DNA of 31,055 bases from positions 1-31,055 of the IMG/VR virus record IMGVR_UViG_3300012352_000046, one strand, 5' to 3'. The first letter of the stretch is position 1, and each line of letters starts with the position of its first letter. The position numbers and the translations under genes were made by a program. Below the pieces are notes generated by a model. That model saw only the letters and a program-made list of their open reading frames with translations, ran no database searches and was not told the origin of the DNA. Positions 26,026-31,055 of the stretch are shown here, piece by piece. Source of the DNA: a virus. Its lineage: Duplodnaviria; Caudoviricetes.

Positions 26026-26682
26026 ATGAGTGTAATTAGAGGGCTAAAAGATATCGGTGCAATTCTCGATAAGCCAAAGTATGAATCAACAGGAGCAAAG
26101 GTACGCTGGGTCAAGCTTGCAGATGGACAGTCAGCAAAGATTCGCTTCGTAGAAGAGCTAGACCAAGACTCAGCACACTACTCAGAGGCTCGTGGCCTAT
26201 CTGTAGTAATCGCACAGCACACCAATCCAAAGGACTACAAGCGTATGGCTGCTTGTACCCAGGACTCAGAGGGGCGTTGCTTTGCCTGTGAGATGGCTCG
26301 CAAGGAGCCAAAGGCTGGTTGGCGTTCAAAGCTACGCTTCTACTGCAACGTGCTAGTAGATGATGGCCTAGAATCTCCATATGTTGCTGTATGGTCACAG
26401 GGTGTCACCAAGCAGTCTGCGTTCAACACCATCCGTGAGTATGCTCTAGAAACTGGAAGCATCTCAAACCTTCAGTGGAAGCTAAAGCGTAATGGTCAGG
26501 GAACCGAGACCAACTACACATTGATCCCAACTGGCCCTGACGCAGAGCCATTTACCTGGGGTGACTACGAATTCCACAACTTGGAGAAGGTAGTTCGTGA
26601 AGTTCCATACTCAGAGCAGGAAGCGTTCTACTTCGGCTTTGACGGACCAACTTCAATCACTTCTACAAATACCGACTGGTAG
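26026..26682 (+). CDS. Single-stranded DNA-binding protein, T4 gp32-like
   Basis: KLADGQSAKIRF, putative Zn ligands H...C...CFAC, RFYCNV and KRNGQGTETNY. Lies between primase and polymerase with its own promoter and terminator. Confidence 0.75.
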   Translation: MSVIRGLKDIGAILDKPKYESTGAKVRWVKLADGQSAKIRFVEELDQDSAHYSEARGLSVVIAQHTNPKDYKRMAACTQDSEGRCFACEMARKEPKAGWRSKLRFYCNVLVDDGLESPYVAVWSQGVTKQSAFNTIREYALETGSISNLQWKLKRNGQGTETNYTLIPTGPDAEPFTWGDYEFHNLEKVVREVPYSEQEAFYFGFDGPTSITSTNTDW

Positions 26683-26695
26683 TAGATTAAGCTTG

Positions 26696-26730
26696 TGGGG
26701 GTATCTATAAACGGTACCCCCATTTGCTTT
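26696..26730 (+). terminator. Rho-independent terminator after SSB
   Basis: TGGGGGTATC-TATAAAC-GGTACCCCCA followed by TTTGCTTT. Confidence 0.8.
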
Positions 26731-26737
26731 ATACGTA

Positions 26738-26766
26738 TTGACAACACGTCAAAAATATGTCATAAT
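26738..26766 (+). promoter_or_regulatory. Sigma70/SigA promoter for dnaE
   Basis: TTGACA-N17-CATAAT with an extended -10 TG. Confidence 0.75.
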
Positions 26767-26800
26767 TTTTACACATTATAAAAATAACATTAAGGATAAT

Positions 26801-29800
26801 ATGAGTTACGCAGGGCTTCACGTTCACACGCACTACAGTTTGTTTGACGGAATCGCCACCCCACAGGAATATGTGGATCGTGCAGTACAGCTAGGCATGC
26901 CAGCTATTGCAATTACAGACCATGGATCTCTATCTGGTCACCGTGAAATGTACCGTGCCGCAAAGGAAGCTGGCATCAAGCCAATCCTGGGCATCGAGGG
27001 GTACATCACGAAGGATCGCTTTGATCACACAGACAAGAAAGAGAAGAACGATCTTCTCGACCTAAATTACAACCACCTTATTATCTTGGCTAAGAATGCC
27101 AAGGGGCTTGAAAACCTAAACAAGCTTAATGAACTTGCCTGGACTGAGGGCTTCTACAAGAAGCCACGCATCGACTGGCAGATTCTAGAGCAGTACAAGG
27201 AAGGCCTAATTGTAACCTCTGGCTGCCTATCTGGATTCCTTGCAAAGGCTATTGAAGCAGATAACCTAGCTGTTGCTAAGGAGCACATCCAGTGGGCTAA
27301 GAAGACCTTTGGGGATGACTACTACATCGAGGTTATGCCACATAACCCAGCAGAGGTTAACAAGCTTCTCCTAGACCTAGCTGATGAGTTCGGGGTAAAG
27401 CCAGTTGTAACACCAGACTGCCACCACTCAGACCCATCGCAGAAGGAAATCCAGGAGCTAAAGCTTATCCTAAACTCTTACTCTAACAAGGTAGAGAAGG
27501 AGTCAACCTACGAAGGCTCTCAGAAGCACGAAGGTCTTATGGAAAAGCTAGACTATCTGTACGGTGCAGACCGCCAGATGTCGTTCAACAAGTTCGAGAT
27601 TCACTTGCTTTCAGATGAAGAGATGCACAACGCCATGAAGGCACAGGGCATCGATCGTGAAGACATGTACGAGTCAACCATTGAGATCGTTAATAAGATT
27701 GGTGACTATAAGATCAAGGACCACCAGGACCTACTTCCAGTACAGTACCAGAATCCAGACCAGGAACTTCGTGACCTTGCTATTGCAGGTCTAGAGAAGC
27801 GTGGAGTAAAGACTCAGGAATACCTAGACAGACTAGAAGAAGAGCTTAAGGTAATTAGCGACAAGAACTTTGGCCCTTACTTCCTGGTCGTACGCTCCAT
27901 GATTACATGGGCTAAAAAAGAGGGAATCATGGTTGGACCAGGACGTGGTTCAGCAGCAGGTTCATTGCTATGCTATGCCCTAGAGATTACAGACATCGAT
28001 CCTATTGTTCACGGTCTCCTATTCTTCCGATTTATTAACCCAGAGCGTAATGACTTCCCAGATATCGATACAGATATCCAGGATTCACGTCGTGAAGAGG
28101 TTAAGGACTACCTAGTTCGTCAGTATAAGCACGTAGCGTCTATTGCGACATTCCTGCAGTTCCGTGGCAAGGGCATGGTACGTGACATTGCACGTGTGCT
28201 AAACATCCCACTGTCTGACGTAAACAAGGTTCTTAAGCTAGTTGACGATTGGGATGACTACTGTACCTCCAAGCAGACAGCATGGTTCCGTGAGAAGTAT
28301 CCAGAGATTGAAACCTATGGAGACCTTCTTCGTGGCCGTATTCGTGGTACTGGAATTCACGCTGCAGGTGTTGTAACATCTAAGCAGCCTATCTTTAAGT
28401 TTGCACCTCTAGAGACTCGAACCACTCCTGGTTCAAAGGACCGCATCCCAGTTGTTGCGGTAGACATGGAAGAGGCAGAGCGTATTGGTCTTATTAAGAT
28501 CGATGCTTTGGGTCTAAAGACATTGTCTGTATTGCGAGACACTCTAGACATTATTGAAGAGCGTCACGGAAAGAAGATTAATCTTCTAGATGTTAAGACA
28601 GATGATGCCAATGTCTACAAGATGTTGTCAGAGGGCTATACTAAGGGTGTGTTCCAGTGTGAAGCTACTCCATATACTAACTTGCTAGTCAAGATGGGTG
28701 TCAAGAACTTTGCTGAGCTTGCTGCATCTAACGCACTGGTTCGCCCAGGTGCTGCTAACACTATTGGTAAAGACTACATTGCTCGAAAGCACGGTAAGCA
28801 GAACATCTCTTACCACCACCAGGTGATGAAGGCATTTACCGAGGAGACCTATGGATGCATTCTATATCAGGAGCAGGTCATGCAGGCCTGTACTGAACTT
28901 GGTGGAATGACCATGGCCGAAGCTGACAAGGTTCGTAAGATTATTGGTAAGAAGAAGGACGCACGTGAATTTGACGCATATCGTGATCAGTTCGTAAAGG
29001 GTGCATCCCGATTCCTATCCCCTAACGTCGCTGAAGAGCTCTGGACGGACTTTGAGGCCCACGCTGGGTACTCTTTTAACAAGTCTCATGCTGTGGCTTA
29101 CTCGACCCTCTCATACTGGACCGCTTGGCTCAAGTATAACTATCCACTAGAGTTCATGTACTCGTTGCTAAAGAATGAAAAGGATAAGGATGCTAGAACA
29201 GAGTATCTAATCGAGGCAAAGCGTATGGGAATCTCTGTCAAGTTGCCACACATCAACGACTCTGGAATCGACTTCCAGATCGAGGGTAAGGGTATTCGAT
29301 TTGGCCTAACTGCTATCAAGTACATCTCAGACAACATTGCTGCGAAGTACATGGAACACCGTCCATTCAACTCTTACAAGGAGCTAGAGGAGTTCACCTT
29401 TGCTAAGGGTAGCGGAGTAAACTCTCGTGCCCTACAGGCTTTGCGTGTTATCGGTGGTGCAACTTTCCCAGATAACCCTAGGAACGACCAAGAGATTAAA
29501 GAGAACCTGTATGAGTACCTCAACTTGCCAGAATTCAACTTCTCAATTCCACAGCACTACTACGCATTCATCAATGACGTAGAAGAGTTCGAGGAAAAGG
29601 GGTCGTTCATTCTGATGGGTATGGTTAAGAGTATCAAGCGAGGCTCTGGCTGGAGTCGAGTAGAAATTCTGGACAAAACTGGCAGCGTGGGCATCTTTGA
29701 TGAGGAGCAGACAACAATCGAGAGCGGAAAGACCTATCTTATTCTTGCTAGCGATAACAGAATCGTAGAGTCAATTCAGGTAGACGACATCGGAAAGGTA

Positions 29801-30076
29801 GACTCAGCTCTGACTAAGTATCTTAGCTACAAGACTCTGCCATACAAGGAGGATGAGCTGTTCGTGGTATCATTTAAGCCACGAGTTACAAAGGCTGGAA
29901 AGAAGATGGCTTCCCTAACTTTGGCAGATACCTCACGAGAGCTACATCCAGTCACGGTCTTCCCTACTGCTTTCCCAAAGGCATATATGAAGATTCAGGC
30001 TGGTAACGCCTACAAGTTTGATCTTGGTAAGACAAAGGATGGCACAGTCATCATGGAAGATGTGGCAAATGTTTAA
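26801..30076 (+). CDS. dnaE: DNA polymerase III alpha subunit (family C)
   Basis: PHP domain LHVHTHYSLFDG/AITDHG, GPGRGSAAGSL, catalytic PDIDTD, HAAGVV, KIDALGL and YSFNKSHA. Start revised to ATG26801 (SD AAGGA), because TTG26738 is the -35 box. Confidence 0.97.
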   Translation: MSYAGLHVHTHYSLFDGIATPQEYVDRAVQLGMPAIAITDHGSLSGHREMYRAAKEAGIKPILGIEGYITKDRFDHTDKKEKNDLLDLNYNHLIILAKNAKGLENLNKLNELAWTEGFYKKPRIDWQILEQYKEGLIVTSGCLSGFLAKAIEADNLAVAKEHIQWAKKTFGDDYYIEVMPHNPAEVNKLLLDLADEFGVKPVVTPDCHHSDPSQKEIQELKLILNSYSNKVEKESTYEGSQKHEGLMEKLDYLYGADRQMSFNKFEIHLLSDEEMHNAMKAQGIDREDMYESTIEIVNKIGDYKIKDHQDLLPVQYQNPDQELRDLAIAGLEKRGVKTQEYLDRLEEELKVISDKNFGPYFLVVRSMITWAKKEGIMVGPGRGSAAGSLLCYALEITDIDPIVHGLLFFRFINPERNDFPDIDTDIQDSRREEVKDYLVRQYKHVASIATFLQFRGKGMVRDIARVLNIPLSDVNKVLKLVDDWDDYCTSKQTAWFREKYPEIETYGDLLRGRIRGTGIHAAGVVTSKQPIFKFAPLETRTTPGSKDRIPVVAVDMEEAERIGLIKIDALGLKTLSVLRDTLDIIEERHGKKINLLDVKTDDANVYKMLSEGYTKGVFQCEATPYTNLLVKMGVKNFAELAASNALVRPGAANTIGKDYIARKHGKQNISYHHQVMKAFTEETYGCILYQEQVMQACTELGGMTMAEADKVRKIIGKKKDAREFDAYRDQFVKGASRFLSPNVAEELWTDFEAHAGYSFNKSHAVAYSTLSYWTAWLKYNYPLEFMYSLLKNEKDKDARTEYLIEAKRMGISVKLPHINDSGIDFQIEGKGIRFGLTAIKYISDNIAAKYMEHRPFNSYKELEEFTFAKGSGVNSRALQALRVIGGATFPDNPRNDQEIKENLYEYLNLPEFNFSIPQHYYAFINDVEEFEEKGSFILMGMVKSIKRGSGWSRVEILDKTGSVGIFDEEQTTIESGKTYLILASDNRIVESIQVDDIGKVDSALTKYLSYKTLPYKEDELFVVSFKPRVTKAGKKMASLTLADTSRELHPVTVFPTAFPKAYMKIQAGNAYKFDLGKTKDGTVIMEDVANV

Positions 30077-30100
30077 TAACGAAAATGGAGAAACTAGATA

Positions 30101-31055
30101 ATGGTAATGACAGTAGAAGATGTGCTAGCTCAGCTAAACCCAAAGCTACGCAAGAATATTACAACTGGGGATATGGTGGCTGAAACAGAGTTTCAGGCCC
30201 TGCCTAGCTATGGGCTAAACCGTGCACTAAATGGCGGACTTCCATACGGTAGACAGGTTTTGATTTGGGGAAGCAAGTCTTCTGCAAAGTCTTCACTCTG
30301 CTTGCAGATGATTGGAGAGGCCCAGCAGGACGGAAAGGTTTGTGCTTGGATCGATGCGGAGATGTCATATGACAAGTCTTGGGCAGAAAAGCTTGGGGTA
30401 GACACCTCGAAGCTAATCGTATCCCAGGCACGAACTATCAATGAGATGGTGGACGTCGGGGTACAGCTAATGCATGCTGGGGTAGATCTAATTGTAGTAG
30501 ACTCCATCACATCTCTGCTGCCTGCAATCTACTTCGAGAAAGATTCTGATGAACTTAAGCAGCTAGAGAACACCAAGCAAATTGGTGCAGAATCTAGAGA
30601 CTTTAGTAACGCAACCAAGATGCTTAACTATGCTAACAATAAAGTTAAGCCAACCTTGCTAGTGTTTATCAGTCAGTCTAGAAACAACATTAATGCGATG
30701 TACACCCAACAGCAGCCAACGGGCGGACAGTCTATCAAGTTCTACTCGTCTACAGTAATTAAACTGTTCTCATCTGAATCAGATAACCAGGCAATCAAGG
30801 GCAAGATTCATGTTGGAGACAAGCTTATCGAAGAAAAGGTTGGCCGCAAGGTTCGCTGGGAAGTTCAGTTCTCTAAGACTTCCCCTGCGTTCCAGTCTGG
30901 AGAGTACGACTTCTACTTCCGAGGCGGACTGATTGGCATAGATACCATTGGAGACTTGGTGGATACTGCAGAGATGATGGGCATTGTAGAGCGTACAGGG
31001 GCCTGGTACATCCTCCCAGATGGCTCTAAGATTCAGGGTAGAGAAGCATTCGTTA
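30101..31055 (+). CDS. recA: RecA-family recombinase (3'-partial; absent from the supplied ORF track)
   Basis: Hand translation from ATG30101 (GGAG upstream): LNRALNGGLPYGRQVLIWGSKSSAKSS, WIDAE, LIVVDS, FISQSR, PTGGQSIKFYSS and GAWY. The frame stays open to the window end. Confidence 0.95.
   Translation, partial: MVMTVEDVLAQLNPKLRKNITTGDMVAETEFQALPSYGLNRALNGGLPYGRQVLIWGSKSSAKSSLCLQMIGEAQQDGKVCAWIDAEMSYDKSWAEKLGVDTSKLIVSQARTINEMVDVGVQLMHAGVDLIVVDSITSLLPAIYFEKDSDELKQLENTKQIGAESRDFSNATKMLNYANNKVKPTLLVFISQSRNNINAMYTQQQPTGGQSIKFYSSTVIKLFSSESDNQAIKGKIHVGDKLIEEKVGRKVRWEVQFSKTSPAFQSGEYDFYFRGGLIGIDTIGDLVDTAEMMGIVERTGAWYILPDGSKIQGREAFV

Noticed and set aside
26738-26800. 21-aa N-terminal extension of DnaE from TTG26738
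   Set aside because: The TTG is part of the TTGACA -35 box. ATG26801 has an SD and begins at the PHP motif.
26683-26800. AT-rich intergenic region as a replication origin
   Set aside because: The terminator, promoter and leader account for it, and no iterons were seen.
80-30510. Many minus-strand and short alternative-frame ORFs in the track (e.g. 80-748, 2261-2635, 10535-10933, 30208-30510)
   Set aside because: They overlap well-supported + strand genes, have shadow-like composition, and show no motifs or clear RBS.
23863-31055. Inteins or introns in dnaB, dnaE and recA
   Set aside because: Protein lengths and motif spacing are normal, and no splice-junction motifs or frame breaks were seen.
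1-31055. CRISPR arrays, tRNAs, integrase, diversity-generating retroelement, stop-codon recoding, tail sheath
   Set aside because: Intergenic gaps are too short for arrays or tRNAs, there is no reverse transcriptase or near-identical template/variable repeat pair, genes are intact in the standard code, and no sheath-sized gene precedes the tube gene.

Overview
The window is an internal 31-kb piece of a tailed dsDNA phage genome with all genes on the + strand and no tail-sheath gene, so a siphovirus-like virion is likely. Gene order: 5'-truncated HK97-type prohead protease with an acidic scaffold tail, major capsid protein, head-tail joining genes, major tail protein, two paralogous tail-assembly chaperones, a 2578-aa tape measure protein (TMP), tail-tip genes, a MerR-like HTH protein, then a replication block (DnaB, DnaG, gp32-like SSB, DnaE) and a 3'-truncated RecA that the ORF track misses. 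Leaderless extended -10 promoters, a DnaE with an intact PHP site and heavy CTA codon use suggest a low-GC freshwater actinobacterial host; this is inference. Best leads: (1) the TMP holds a ~320-aa cassette with an H-x17-N-x8-N (HNH-like) signature between two 55-aa repeats conserved at the protein level, possibly a cargo-delivery system; (2) the usual G/GT frameshift appears to be replaced by two paralogous genes with separate promoters; (3) a nested scaffold gene with its own promoter, RBS and repeated K-S/A motifs; (4) two promoter classes; (5) apparent avoidance of CCGG, GCGC and CGCG. All calls come from reading the sequence by eye; no searches were run.
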